Shown in pieces: positions 32,567 to 42,319 of a stretch of DNA of 64,000 bases; positions within the stretch are counted from its first letter, which is position 1, and each line of letters begins with the position of its first letter. Source of the DNA: Rickettsiales bacterium (GTDB taxonomy: Bacteria; Pseudomonadota; Alphaproteobacteria; UBA8366). A program made the position numbers and the translations under genes. The stretch lies in the NCBI GenBank assembly GCA_038131165.1, contig JAYPOZ010000003.1:26678-90677 (forward strand), given 5' to 3'. The notes beneath the pieces are model-generated. The model did no database searches and was not told the origin of the DNA. It saw only the letters and a program-made list of their open reading frames with translations.

Positions 32567-32630
32567 TGATCGCGCCGTTGCGCGATCCTGTATTGTATCG
32601 CCTAGGCGATACCTCGTTTTTTGCAGAGCG

Positions 32631-32900
32631 TCAGCGCCGCAGTCCAAGCCGTTTGATCAAGGCTTCATAACGCGACTGTTCCTGACGTTTCAGATAGTCC
32701 AGCAACCGACGGCGCTGACCAACCATAATCAACAATCCGCGACGCGAGTGAAAATCCTTCTTATGGATCTTCATGTGCTCCGTCAGGTTGTTGATGCGTT
32801 CCGTCAGAATGGCGACCTGCACGTCGGCAGAACCGGTATCACCGGCGGTCGTAGCGAACTCCTTTATGAGTTCTTCTTTGCGTTCAGCTGTAATCGACAT
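32631..32900 (-). CDS. rpsO: 30S ribosomal protein S15
   Basis: ORF 32631..32912 trimmed to [15 protein letters not shown] (ATG comp. 32898-32900). [20 protein letters not shown]. Confidence 0.95.
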   Translation of the reverse strand: MSITAERKEELIKEFATTAGDTGSADVQVAILTERINNLTEHMKIHKKDFHSRRGLLIMVGQRRRLLDYLKRQEQSRYEALIKRLGLRR

Positions 32901-32917
32901 CGTATACTCCAATCCTG

Positions 32918-33847
32918 CTAAAGGTTCAGGACCCGGACCGGTCGGACTTCACCGGCACTGTAGCGCGAAAGCGCCACTGGCCTGCCCATTGCGGTCGCGA
33001 GAACCGTTTCGCCGTCCGCGAACGCCGAAATGCGTTCGAGATCGACCTTCCGAATCAGGGAGACCGCCTGTCCATTTCGCAGTCGGCCCGCCTCTTGCTC
33101 CGTCAAGGCCAACGCCGGGATGTCGTCCAGCGGGGTCTCGACGGGTAACAAACAATCGGAAGCGGCGGGACTTTGCCCATTTGCGGCCAATTCGTCCAGC
33201 GAAATCGCATGGCTTTCTTCGAAGGGGCCGACCGCTGTCCGCCGCAATTCGACAAGATGACCGACCGTCCCGAGGCTGAGGGCAAGATCGCGCGCCAAAC
33301 CGCGCATATACGCCCCTTTTCCGCTGACTACCGAAAAGATCGCGTGATCGGCATCGCAGACTTCATCCAGTTCGAACCGGTCGACGCGGATCGCCTGGGG
33401 GGCGAGCGTCACATCCTCGCCGCGACGAGCAAGATCGTAGGCTCTTTGCCCATCCACCTTTTTGGCGGAATAGATCGGTGGTACCTGCTGGATGACTCCG
33501 CGAAAAGCCGGCAGAGCCGCCACAATCGCCGCTTCGCTCGGACGGAGGGCGCATTCTTCGATCACCTCGCCCTCGCGGTCGTCCGTCGCCGTGGCGAACC
33601 CCCAGCGCAAGGTGAAGCGATAGCGTTTCGTCGTGTCGACAACATAGGGGAGCGTTTTCGTCGCTTCGCCCAAAGCGACCGGCAGGACCCCGGTCGCCAT
33701 GGGGTCCAATGTCCCAGCGTGGCCGGCCTTGTTCGCGTCCAGCAGCCTGCGGACAGCGCCGACAGCGGACGTCGATGTCATTCCGCTGGGCTTATCCAGG
33801 ATGATCCAGCCGTTGACCGCCTTGCCGGATTTTCTACGTCGTCCCAT
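32918..33847 (-). CDS. truB: tRNA pseudouridine(55) synthase TruB
   Basis: ORF 32918..33925 trimmed to [25 protein letters not shown]. Catalytic [14 protein letters not shown]. Confidence 0.9.
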   Translation of the reverse strand: MGRRRKSGKAVNGWIILDKPSGMTSTSAVGAVRRLLDANKAGHAGTLDPMATGVLPVALGEATKTLPYVVDTTKRYRFTLRWGFATATDDREGEVIEECALRPSEAAIVAALPAFRGVIQQVPPIYSAKKVDGQRAYDLARRGEDVTLAPQAIRVDRFELDEVCDADHAIFSVVSGKGAYMRGLARDLALSLGTVGHLVELRRTAVGPFEESHAISLDELAANGQSPAASDCLLPVETPLDDIPALALTEQEAGRLRNGQAVSLIRKVDLERISAFADGETVLATAMGRPVALSRYSAGEVRPVRVLNL

Positions 33848-34238
33848 CGTCCGGTCCGTCGCCGGAAAGATCGCGCGCAACCTCGGGTTTCCGAAGCAGG
33901 CTATCGATCTTCGAGGCATACTCAAAGCGATCGTCGAATTCGAAAGAAAGGCGCGGCGTGAACTTCAGTCGAATCCGCCGACCGATCTCGCTTTGAAGAA
34001 AACGGGCTGCACGGCCCAGCGCTTCGAGTGTCTTCGGGTCCGCTTCTCCGCCCAGCGGCGTCAGGAATACGGTCGCCCGTTTTAAATCCGGACTCGCGCG
34101 GACTTCGGTGACGGTAAACATCCGTCCGCTCAACTCCGGGTCGCGCAACGTCCCGCGCCCGAGAATTTCGGCCAGCGCGTGACGCAGTTCTTCGCCAACC
34201 CGGAGTTGACGAACGCTCGGTTCCTTATGCTTTGCCAT
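33834..34238 (-). CDS. rbfA: Ribosome-binding factor A
   Basis: ORF 33834..34388 trimmed to MAKHKEPSVRQLRVGEELRHALAEIL. VTEVRASPDLKRATVF. Overlaps the truB start by 14 nt. Confidence 0.9.
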   Translation of the reverse strand: MAKHKEPSVRQLRVGEELRHALAEILGRGTLRDPELSGRMFTVTEVRASPDLKRATVFLTPLGGEADPKTLEALGRAARFLQSEIGRRIRLKFTPRLSFEFDDRFEYASKIDSLLRKPEVARDLSGDGPDDGTT

Positions 34239-34269
34239 GTTCGTCTCGCACGCGCCAGCGGCGCGGTCG

Positions 34270-36819
34270 TTAGAGGCTTCGGGCGATTTCCTCGGACTCG
34301 AAGCATTCAATGACGTCGCCGGTCTTGATATCGTCGTAGTTCTCGAAGGCGATACCGCATTCGTAGCCCTGCTGTACCTCGCGGACATCGTCCTTAAACC
34401 GGCGCAGGGATTTCAGACTGCCTTCGAAAATCACCACATCGTCGCGGAGCAAACGCACCTTATTGCCACGCTTGAACATGCCTTCCGTCACCATGCAGCC
34501 AGCCGCTTTGCCGGCGCGCGAGACGCTGAAGACTTCGCGCACTTCGGCGTAGCCAATCTGGCGTTCACGGATTTCCGGCGCCAGCAGGCCTTCCATCAGC
34601 TGTTTCATGTCGTCGATGACGTTATAGATGATCGAGTAGTAGCGGATGTCGACGTGATCCTGTTGCGCCAATTCACGGGCTTGCGGGTTCGCCCGCACGT
34701 TGAATCCGATGACGAGGCCGCCGGCGGATTTCGCCAGAATGATATCGGATTCGGTAATGCCGCCGACCGCACTGTGCATGACCCGCACCTTGACTTCGTC
34801 TGTCGACAGTTTCTCTAGCGATCCGACAATCGCCTCGATCGATCCCTGGACATCACCCCGGATAATAACCGGTAGTTCTTGCGTCTCGCCCGCCTTAATC
34901 TGGTCGAACATTTGCTCGAGGGTGCCCCGGCCGCTTACCGCAAGCGCCTTTTGCCGCTCAGCGCGTTGCCGGTAATCGGTAATTTCACGGGCCCGGGCCT
35001 CATCCTCGACCGCAACAAACTCGTCGCCCGCCAAGGGCGCACCTTGCAGGCCCAGAACTTCGACAGGTTCGGACGGTCCAGCCGATTTAATCGGCTGTCC
35101 GCGGTCGTCGACCAGGGCGCGCACGCGGCCCCACTCGCTGCCGGCGATAAAGACATCGCCCTGATTTAACGTGCCCTTCTGGACCAAGACCGTCGCCACG
35201 ACGCCGCGGCCGCGTTCCAGCTTCGCATCAATGACGGCACCCTGCGCCAAGCGGTTCGGGTTGCTCTTGAGTTCCAGGATCTCGGCCTGCAGGAGGATGG
35301 CCTCCTCCAGTTTATCGAGGTTTTGGCGCTCGATCGCCGACACCTCGACATCCAGGACATCGCCGCCGAGTTTCTCGACCACGATTTCGTGACTCAGGAG
35401 TTCGTTCCGAACACGGTCCGGATTCGCGTCGGGCCGATCAATCTTATTGATCGCAATGATAATCGGAACCCCTGCGGCCTTAGCGTGGTTGAGCGCTTCG
35501 ATGGTTTGCGGCTGCACACCGTCGTCAGCGGCAACTACGAGAATCACGATATCGGTCACCTGCGAGCCGCGCGAGCGCATGGCCGTGAAGGCCTCGTGCC
35601 CCGGCGTATCGATAAAGGTTATCCGTTGTCCTTCGGACAGATCGATCTGGTAGGCGCCGATGTGTTGGGTGATCCCTCCGGCTTCGCCGCCCGCCACATC
35701 CGTGGAGCGCAACGCGTCCAACAGCGATGTCTTGCCGTGATCGACATGGCCCATGACGGCCACCACAGGGGGGCGCGGCACCATATCCTCCTCGCGGTCT
35801 TCCTCCCCTTCGATACCGATCTCGACATCCGCCTCCGAGACGAGCTTCGCCTTGTGGCCGAAATCGGCGACGATCAGTTCCGCCGTGTCCGCGTCGATGA
35901 CTTGGTTGACATTTGCCATGATGTCGAGACGCATCAGCGCCTTGATGACATCGATACCCCGTACCGCCATCCGATTCGCCAGATCGGACACCGTGATCGT
36001 TTCCGGAATTACGACTTCGCGCACGACCTTTTGTACCTCGCCACTATCGCGCTGTTCCTTGGCGCGTTGCCGTTCACGCTCGCGGGCTCGACGAACCGCC
36101 GCCAAACTCCTCACGCGATCTTCTTCGACCCCATCGGCCTCATCCAAAGCCTGGGTGATCGTTAATTTCCTGTCGCGCCGCTTGGGCTCGTTCCGCGACC
36201 GTGGAGCAGGCTTCTCGGCGTCAGTGCGGCCCGGACGGCGCGCCGTCGCGGGGGTGCTCTCTTCGGGCGTATCTTTTCTGGCTTCCGTTCGGACGGCTTC
36301 CATGCGCTTCTGTCGCGCCGGCGCCTCCTCGGGCGGCAATACCGCGATCTCCGGCTCTTCCACGGGAGCCGGTTCGTCCTTGGCCTCCGCTTCGGCCGCT
36401 TCGGCTGCGGCGCGCTTGGCTTCCTCTTCCGCAAGCCTTGCCGCCTCTGCCGCTTCCGCTTCGCGTTTCTTGATCTTTTCGAGCTCTTCAAGCTGACGTT
36501 TTTCTTCGTCATGGACGGCGCCCCGCAGCGCCCGCATCCGGGCTGCGCGTTCTTCTTCCGTCAGATTTCCAAGCTCCTGGGCCGTGGCTTGTTCCAAAGC
36601 AGAAATATCTGGCGCCTGTGCGTTTTCGCTAACAGCGCGCATGTTTCCGCCGGCACCGCGTTCGAACGTGCGCTTCTTCTTCACTTCGACCGTAACGGCT
36701 TTGGTGCGGCCATGACTGAAGCTTTGTCGGACCTGACCGGTCTCGACCGTCTTCTTGAGCTCCAATCGCCCAGGCCGACGGAGCGTCAGTTTGCCGTCTT
36801 GCTCATTCTCTTGCGTCAT
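34270..36819 (-). CDS. infB: Translation initiation factor IF-2
   Basis: 849 aa. Low-complexity Glu/Ala/Lys-rich N-terminal region. G domain [26 protein letters not shown]. Confidence 0.97.
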   Translation of the reverse strand: MTQENEQDGKLTLRRPGRLELKKTVETGQVRQSFSHGRTKAVTVEVKKKRTFERGAGGNMRAVSENAQAPDISALEQATAQELGNLTEEERAARMRALRGAVHDEEKRQLEELEKIKKREAEAAEAARLAEEEAKRAAAEAAEAEAKDEPAPVEEPEIAVLPPEEAPARQKRMEAVRTEARKDTPEESTPATARRPGRTDAEKPAPRSRNEPKRRDRKLTITQALDEADGVEEDRVRSLAAVRRARERERQRAKEQRDSGEVQKVVREVVIPETITVSDLANRMAVRGIDVIKALMRLDIMANVNQVIDADTAELIVADFGHKAKLVSEADVEIGIEGEEDREEDMVPRPPVVAVMGHVDHGKTSLLDALRSTDVAGGEAGGITQHIGAYQIDLSEGQRITFIDTPGHEAFTAMRSRGSQVTDIVILVVAADDGVQPQTIEALNHAKAAGVPIIIAINKIDRPDANPDRVRNELLSHEIVVEKLGGDVLDVEVSAIERQNLDKLEEAILLQAEILELKSNPNRLAQGAVIDAKLERGRGVVATVLVQKGTLNQGDVFIAGSEWGRVRALVDDRGQPIKSAGPSEPVEVLGLQGAPLAGDEFVAVEDEARAREITDYRQRAERQKALAVSGRGTLEQMFDQIKAGETQELPVIIRGDVQGSIEAIVGSLEKLSTDEVKVRVMHSAVGGITESDIILAKSAGGLVIGFNVRANPQARELAQQDHVDIRYYSIIYNVIDDMKQLMEGLLAPEIRERQIGYAEVREVFSVSRAGKAAGCMVTEGMFKRGNKVRLLRDDVVIFEGSLKSLRRFKDDVREVQQGYECGIAFENYDDIKTGDVIECFESEEIARSL

Positions 36820-37436
36820 TCGTCACCCCATTCACCGCCTGCCGACCGAAATCCTTCCAGTCGCCGCGCTTCTATACCTAACTTGCTTGCGAGACCGCCA
36901 CGGGCCAGTACGACATGCACGGTCCGCTCTCGTCCGAAAGCAGCGCCCAGTTCGTCGGCCCTTAGAACATCTACCACGGAGATACTGTCTGCAAGCGACT
37001 CCATTTTTCTGCGCGTACCTATGGCACCGTCAGATGCCTCGACCAGCACGGCGGCGCTGCCATTCCGCAGCCAGGCCTGCGCCTTCTCGAAACCGGCAAC
37101 AGCTTGACCTGCGCGCCGCGCGAGCCCGATCAGATCGACGCATCGCTTCGCCAACAACCGCTCGACTTGATCGGCAAGACCGTCCGATACCGCGACGGAT
37201 TGGCGCGCCGCGCGGGCAAAACGTCCCTTTGCAGCCGCCGTCCCAATTGCTTCTCGATCAGACCTTACCCAAAGACCTCGACCCGGAAGTTTTCCGAGAA
37301 GATCCGGCACAATGGCCCCATCCGGCCCGACGATAAAGCGAATGCCGTCGACCACCGCCAAGCTCTCGCCACTGACGATGCACTTGCGGTTACCATTGGT
37401 TCCGCCGTCTGAAATCTTCGTCGTCTCGGCCAACAT
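36816..37436 (-). CDS. YlxR (DUF448)-like RNA-binding protein fused to an L7Ae-like C-terminal domain
   Basis: [10 protein letters not shown]...[10 protein letters not shown] is the DUF448 motif. Sits between nusA and infB and overlaps the infB start by 4 nt. Confidence 0.8.
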   Translation of the reverse strand: MLAETTKISDGGTNGNRKCIVSGESLAVVDGIRFIVGPDGAIVPDLLGKLPGRGLWVRSDREAIGTAAAKGRFARAARQSVAVSDGLADQVERLLAKRCVDLIGLARRAGQAVAGFEKAQAWLRNGSAAVLVEASDGAIGTRRKMESLADSISVVDVLRADELGAAFGRERTVHVVLARGGLASKLGIEARRLEGFRSAGGEWGDE

Positions 37437-37454
37437 TACGTCCGTTTGTACTCT

Positions 37455-39059
37455 CTAGATCGTTTCGTCCGGGGCACTTGCCGCAGCTTCTGCTTCCGCT
37501 TCCGCGGCCTTTGCCGCCTCTGCTTCCGCCAGCTCCTCCGCGGTAAACCAGCCGGCGGCAATTCTCGCGGTCATAATGAGATCGTTCGCGGCGTCCATGC
37601 TCAAACCAAAGCCGCGCAAATAACCTTCTTCCGAGTCGGTCAACTCATCCCCGGCAAGATCCGCAAAATCCTCAAGCGTTTTCACGCCTCGCTCGCCGAG
37701 CGCAATCAACATTGCATCGTTCAATCCGTCGACATTCGCCAAGGCGTCCTCGATTCCTAGCGCCCGACGCTCTTCGGCCAGCCGCGACGTTTCGGCCTCC
37801 AGGAAGTCCCGCGCGCGCGCCTGAAGTTCCTGTGCGATTTCATCCTCGAACCCTTCAATCACCATCAAATCTTCGAGCGGCACGAAAGCCACTTCTTCGA
37901 CACTCGAAAAGCCCTCGGTGACCAACAAGTGGGCCAAAACGTCGTCGACATCCAAAGCCGTCATAAAGCGCTCGCTGCGCACCCGGCGTTCTTGCTGACG
38001 GCGCTCGCTTTCCTCGTCTTCGGTGAGGATATCAATTTCCCATCCAGTCAGCATTGAGGCCAAGCGGACATTCTGACCGCGGCGGCCGATCGCCAGACTC
38101 AGTTGCTCGTCCGGCACGACGACTTCGATCTTGCCCGCATCTTCGTCCAGGACGACTTTCGCCACTTCTGCCGGCGCCAGTGCATTCACCACAAACGTTG
38201 CGGGATCCATCGACCAGGGAATGATATCAATCTTCTCGCCTTGCAGCTCCGCTACCACGGCTTGAACGCGGCTGCCACGCATACCGACACAGGCACCAAC
38301 GGGATCAATGCTGGAGTCGTTCGACATCACAGCGATTTTCGCACGGCTTCCCGGGTCCCGGGCCACGGCCTTAATCTCGATGATCCCGTCGTAAATCTCC
38401 GGCACTTCCTGGCTAAACAGTTTCGTCATGAACACCGGATGAGCCCGGGAGAGAAAAATCTGCGGACCCCGCATCTCACGTCGGACATCGTAGATATAAG
38501 CGCGAACCCGGTCGCCGCGCCGGAAACTCTCGCGCGGCAACAATTCCTCGCGGCGCAATACGGCCTCCGCACGCCCCAAATCGACCGTGACATTGCCGAA
38601 TTCAATCCGCTTTACGAGGCCGTTGACGATCTCGCCGGCGCGGTCCTTGTACTCTTCGTACTGACGCTCGCGCTCGGCTTCGCGCACCTTCTGGACGATT
38701 ACTTGTTTCGCTGTTTGCGCGGCAATACGGCCAAAATCGATCGGCGGCAGCGGATCGACGATAAACTCGCCGACAACGGCATCCTTCTTGCGGCGATGTG
38801 CTTCGTCGAGAGTCACCTGGGTCGTTTCATTCTCGATCTCTTCGACGACTTCGATATACCGCGCGAGGCTGATTTCGCCGGAGCGGCGGTCGATTACCGC
38901 GCGAATATCGTGCTCCTGCCCATATTTCGAACGGCCTGCCTTCTGAATGGCTTGCTCCATCGCTTCCAATACCTGTTCGCGATCGATTGCTTTCTCGCGC
39001 GCCACAGCATCGGCAACTTGAAGAAGCTCGGTCTTCTGAACAACGGCTGTTTCCACCAT
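37455..39059 (-). CDS. nusA: Transcription termination/antitermination factor NusA
   Basis: 534 aa. S1 and two KH domains (RDPGSRAKIAV, GACVGMRGSRVQAV, AIGRRGQNVRLAS). Acidic C-terminal repeats. Confidence 0.97.
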   Translation of the reverse strand: MVETAVVQKTELLQVADAVAREKAIDREQVLEAMEQAIQKAGRSKYGQEHDIRAVIDRRSGEISLARYIEVVEEIENETTQVTLDEAHRRKKDAVVGEFIVDPLPPIDFGRIAAQTAKQVIVQKVREAERERQYEEYKDRAGEIVNGLVKRIEFGNVTVDLGRAEAVLRREELLPRESFRRGDRVRAYIYDVRREMRGPQIFLSRAHPVFMTKLFSQEVPEIYDGIIEIKAVARDPGSRAKIAVMSNDSSIDPVGACVGMRGSRVQAVVAELQGEKIDIIPWSMDPATFVVNALAPAEVAKVVLDEDAGKIEVVVPDEQLSLAIGRRGQNVRLASMLTGWEIDILTEDEESERRQQERRVRSERFMTALDVDDVLAHLLVTEGFSSVEEVAFVPLEDLMVIEGFEDEIAQELQARARDFLEAETSRLAEERRALGIEDALANVDGLNDAMLIALGERGVKTLEDFADLAGDELTDSEEGYLRGFGLSMDAANDLIMTARIAAGWFTAEELAEAEAAKAAEAEAEAAASAPDETI

Positions 39060-39062
39060 ATC

Positions 39063-39572
39063 CTACGCTCGCCCTTGCTTGAGTGCGTCGGCCGAACCAG
39101 CCGCCAACAGCTCATCAGTGATTACCAGTTTAGCGTTGTCGATCTCATCGAACGGCAGCGCCGCAGTCCCATCTTCGGTTACGATCGTCACCACGGCATC
39201 GGCGCAACCAGCCAATACTCCGCGGTAGCGCCGCCGGCCGTTCAACGATTCCCGCAACTCGATTTTCGCTTCAAGTCCCGCAAATCTCTCAAAATCGTTT
39301 GGCCTAACCAATGGCCGATCCAGTCCCGGGGAACTGACTTCCAACGTATAGGCCCCCGAAATCGGATCCTCGACATCCAATATCGCGGATACGGTCCGGC
39401 TGATTGCCGCGCAATCTTCGACTGTCATGGCACGTTCATCGAGTCGTTCCGCCATGATCTGCAATGTCGGCCGCGCGGTGCCCATCAACTTAACACGCAC
39501 CACCTCGTAGCCCAATCCGGTCAGCGACGGCGCAATCAACGCCTCGACTGCCTCCATTCGCGATCTACTCAT
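39063..39572 (-). CDS. rimP: Ribosome maturation factor RimP
   Basis: ORF 39063..39581 (TTG). The ATG at comp. 39570-39572 gives MSRSRMEAVEALIAP, which aligns in length with E. coli MSTLEQKLTEMITAP. The stop is 3 nt from the nusA start. Confidence 0.85.
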   Translation of the reverse strand: MSRSRMEAVEALIAPSLTGLGYEVVRVKLMGTARPTLQIMAERLDERAMTVEDCAAISRTVSAILDVEDPISGAYTLEVSSPGLDRPLVRPNDFERFAGLEAKIELRESLNGRRRYRGVLAGCADAVVTIVTEDGTAALPFDEIDNAKLVITDELLAAGSADALKQGRA

Positions 39573-39583
39573 CTCCACCAACT

Positions 39584-39609
39584 AAAAAGGGCGGGCGCAT
39601 GGCCCACCC
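39584..39609 (-). terminator. Strong intrinsic terminator/attenuator hairpin immediately upstream of rimP
   Basis: The minus strand reads GGGTGGGC-CATGC-GCCCGCCC-TTTTT: 8 bp (7 GC plus 1 G-U), a 5-nt loop and a U5 tract ending 11 nt before the rimP ATG. Confidence 0.65.
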
Positions 39610-39701
39610 ATTACAAACAGTACTACGAGACCATCGCTATACCGTATGGGATTTATTTGAGAGTTTTTGTAAGGGATTTGCCCACTACATACAAGGGTTT
39701 T

Positions 39702-40424
39702 CTAGGTTTTCCCCGCCATCGGCGACCGCGGGCGGCGGCGAAATCCGAGGTAGGCGCAGTCCTTTCCCGCGGCCAGCGCTTTTTCTTCATAGCGGGTCGG
39801 CGGCCAATCGGCGGGCCGCTCTCGCCAATCACGCGCCTCGGTCGCCATCCATTCGAAGTCGGGATGCGATCTCACATGAAACAACGTCCACCGGACATAG
39901 CCCATTTCGTCGCTGGCAATGCGCAGTTCCGCGCCATCCGCCATGATGCGGGACAACAGATCGAGGTTCTCCGGACAAACGAACCGCCGATAGGCATGAC
40001 GGTTCTTCGGCCAAGGGTCTGGAAATAAAACGAAGACACGCTCAAGACTCGCCGTCGAAATCCAGTCCAGCAGCAATCGGGCATCGTCGGGAAAAATCCG
40101 GATATTATCGATTCGCTCTTCGTCGATGGCTGTCAATAACCGCGCAATGCCGTTGATATAGGGCTCGCAACCGATGAAACCGACATTCGGGTTTGCCTGG
40201 GCCTGCGCCGCGATATGCTCGCCCGCACCAAACCCCACTTCCAGCCAACAGGATTGCGGAGGAGTGGTGAAGACCGTGGACGGATCGAGCGACTCGTCCG
40301 GCAGCGCAATAGTGAGACGGGGCAGGAGCTCGCGCACCAGGCGCTCCCGGCCGGCACGTAACCGCCGACCGTGCCTGCGGCCGTAAAACCGCCGGACGGA
40401 AAGGTCGCCATCAGCCATTTTCAT
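39702..40424 (-). CDS. trmB: tRNA (guanine46-N7)-methyltransferase
   Basis: EVGFGAGEHIA SAM motif and FPDPWPK motif; 240 aa. Confidence 0.9.
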   Translation of the reverse strand: MKMADGDLSVRRFYGRRHGRRLRAGRERLVRELLPRLTIALPDESLDPSTVFTTPPQSCWLEVGFGAGEHIAAQAQANPNVGFIGCEPYINGIARLLTAIDEERIDNIRIFPDDARLLLDWISTASLERVFVLFPDPWPKNRHAYRRFVCPENLDLLSRIMADGAELRIASDEMGYVRWTLFHVRSHPDFEWMATEARDWRERPADWPPTRYEEKALAAGKDCAYLGFRRRPRSPMAGKT

Positions 40425-40445
40425 GGCCTCTCAGGGACGGTCGGA

Positions 40446-41615
40446 TCAGGTCAACGCGGACTTTAAGTCCTCGACTAGGTCCGTTTTCTCCCAAGAAAAC
40501 CCACCATCCGCCTCGGGTTCCCGACCGAAATGCCCATAGGCGGCAGTCCGGGCATAAATCGGCCGGCTCAACTGCAGGCGTTCGCGAATGCCCCGCGGAC
40601 TCAGATCCATGGCTTCCTGGACAGCCCCCGCAAGCTTTAAGTCGTCGACCGTCCCGGTGCCCGCCGTATCGATGTATACCGAAAGCGGCTTGGAGACGCC
40701 AATCGCATAAGCGATCTGAATGGTGCACCGGTCTGCGAGATCCGCGGCGACGACGTTCTTGGCGACATACCGGGCCGCGTAAGCCGCCGACCGGTCCACC
40801 TTGGTCGGGTCCTTGCCCGAAAAGGCGCCGCCCCCATGGGGCGAGGATCCGCCATAGGTATCGACAATGATCTTGCGGCCGGTCAATCCCGTATCGCCAT
40901 CCGGCCCGCCGATCACGAAACGCCCGGTCGGGTTCACGTAGAACTCGTCCTCGTCGCACATCCAGCCATCGGGCAAAACCTTGAGGACATGCGGGCGCAC
41001 CAATTCGCGCACTTCCGCCTGTTCCATGCCGTCGGCGTGCTGCGTGGAGACGACCGCCGAGACGACTTTCGTCGGCACACCGTTCACATACTGAACCGTA
41101 AGCTGACTTTTCGAATCTGGACCGATGCCGGGCAGTTCACCCGCATGCCGCGCCGCCGCCATGCTTTTCAAGATTTGATGGCTGTAGTGTATCGGCGCCG
41201 GCATCAGCACGGGAGTCTCACGGCAGGCGTAGCCGAACATCAGGCCCTGATCTCCGGCCCCTTCGTCCTTATTGCCCGCAGCGTCGACACCCTGGGCGAT
41301 ATCCGCCGACTGGGAGTGGACATAGCACTGGACTTCCATTGTCCGCCAATTGAATCCATCCTGCTCGTAACCGATTTCGCGGACGCTCTTGCGCGCAAGC
41401 TCTTCCAGCACCTCGTGCGTGATACTGTCCGGACCGCGCACCTCTCCGGCCAAAACGACCCGATTTGTCGTCGCCAGGGTTTCGCAGGCCACGCGCGCAT
41501 TTTCCCCGCTCGCCAGGTAGACATCTACGATTTCATCCGATATCCGATCGCAGATTTTATCAGGGTGCCCTTCAGACACGGATTCACTGGTAAATAGAAA
41601 GTTTCCGTTGCTCAC
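40446..41615 (-). CDS. metK: S-adenosylmethionine synthetase
   Basis: GTG start. [41 protein letters not shown]. Confidence 0.97.
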   Translation of the reverse strand: MSNGNFLFTSESVSEGHPDKICDRISDEIVDVYLASGENARVACETLATTNRVVLAGEVRGPDSITHEVLEELARKSVREIGYEQDGFNWRTMEVQCYVHSQSADIAQGVDAAGNKDEGAGDQGLMFGYACRETPVLMPAPIHYSHQILKSMAAARHAGELPGIGPDSKSQLTVQYVNGVPTKVVSAVVSTQHADGMEQAEVRELVRPHVLKVLPDGWMCDEDEFYVNPTGRFVIGGPDGDTGLTGRKIIVDTYGGSSPHGGGAFSGKDPTKVDRSAAYAARYVAKNVVAADLADRCTIQIAYAIGVSKPLSVYIDTAGTGTVDDLKLAGAVQEAMDLSPRGIRERLQLSRPIYARTAAYGHFGREPEADGGFSWEKTDLVEDLKSALT

Positions 41616-41762
41616 GCCTCACCCCTTCTCGAATATCGAATTTCGTTCGTATCCTTGCGCGGGCGCCGCAATCTCGTGGAGCGCCGCTTCCTGATGTAGC
41701 GACCTTGTCGCAATCTTTCACAACGGCGTCAAGAGAGCGCACCAACGGATCGATGAAAATCG

Positions 41763-42221
41763 TTAAGGATCGGGGCTTTCTGTGGGCGATAGGGATCTTG
41801 CCAGTTCAAACAGTCGCTTGCGGATCGCCGGGTCCCGTACCTTGTAATAGGCGCGAACGAGTTCCAGAGTCTCGCGCTTTGTCAACGGATCGACCGCGGC
41901 GGCGCCAGCCGGAAACCTGTCGGCAACGGCGAGGCGGGGCGCCGCGTTCGCTCCCGCCGCATCCGTCATCTCGTCGAAGAAATAAGAAATAGAAACACCC
42001 AGCACGTGCGACAAATCATAAAGCCGGCTCGCACCGATGCGATTCGTCCCCCGTTCATATTTCTGAATTTGCTGAAAGGTCAATCCGAGCGCGGCGCCCA
42101 GCTTTTCCTGGCTCAGGCCCAATACCGTTCGGCGTGCGCGCATGCGCGCGCCGACATGCACGTCGATTGGATTCGGGTTTCCGGTCTTTGTACGAAAGCG
42201 CGGCGCGCCGGGAGATTGCAT
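41763..42221 (-). CDS. XRE-family helix-turn-helix transcriptional regulator (conserved alphaproteobacterial lnt/metK neighbour)
   Basis: IDVHVGARMRARRTVLGLSQEKLGAALGLTFQQIQKYERGTNRIGASRLYDLSHVLGV is a classical Cro/C1 HTH. Confidence 0.85.
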   Translation of the reverse strand: MQSPGAPRFRTKTGNPNPIDVHVGARMRARRTVLGLSQEKLGAALGLTFQQIQKYERGTNRIGASRLYDLSHVLGVSISYFFDEMTDAAGANAAPRLAVADRFPAGAAAVDPLTKRETLELVRAYYKVRDPAIRKRLFELARSLSPTESPDP

Positions 42222-42319
42222 TTAAGATCTTCTTTAAAACAATTTCAGCACACACTTTAGATGCCTTAGTACAATCTTTGATTTGGGTGTTTCTATAGAA
42301 AAATCAAGAATTTTAAACA

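Noticed and set aside
38103-40028. 641-aa plus-strand ORF spanning nusA, rimP, the spacer and trmB
   Set aside because: It is antisense to three well-supported genes and crosses an intergenic region. The composition is low-complexity (R, H, D, L). This is a high-GC artefact.
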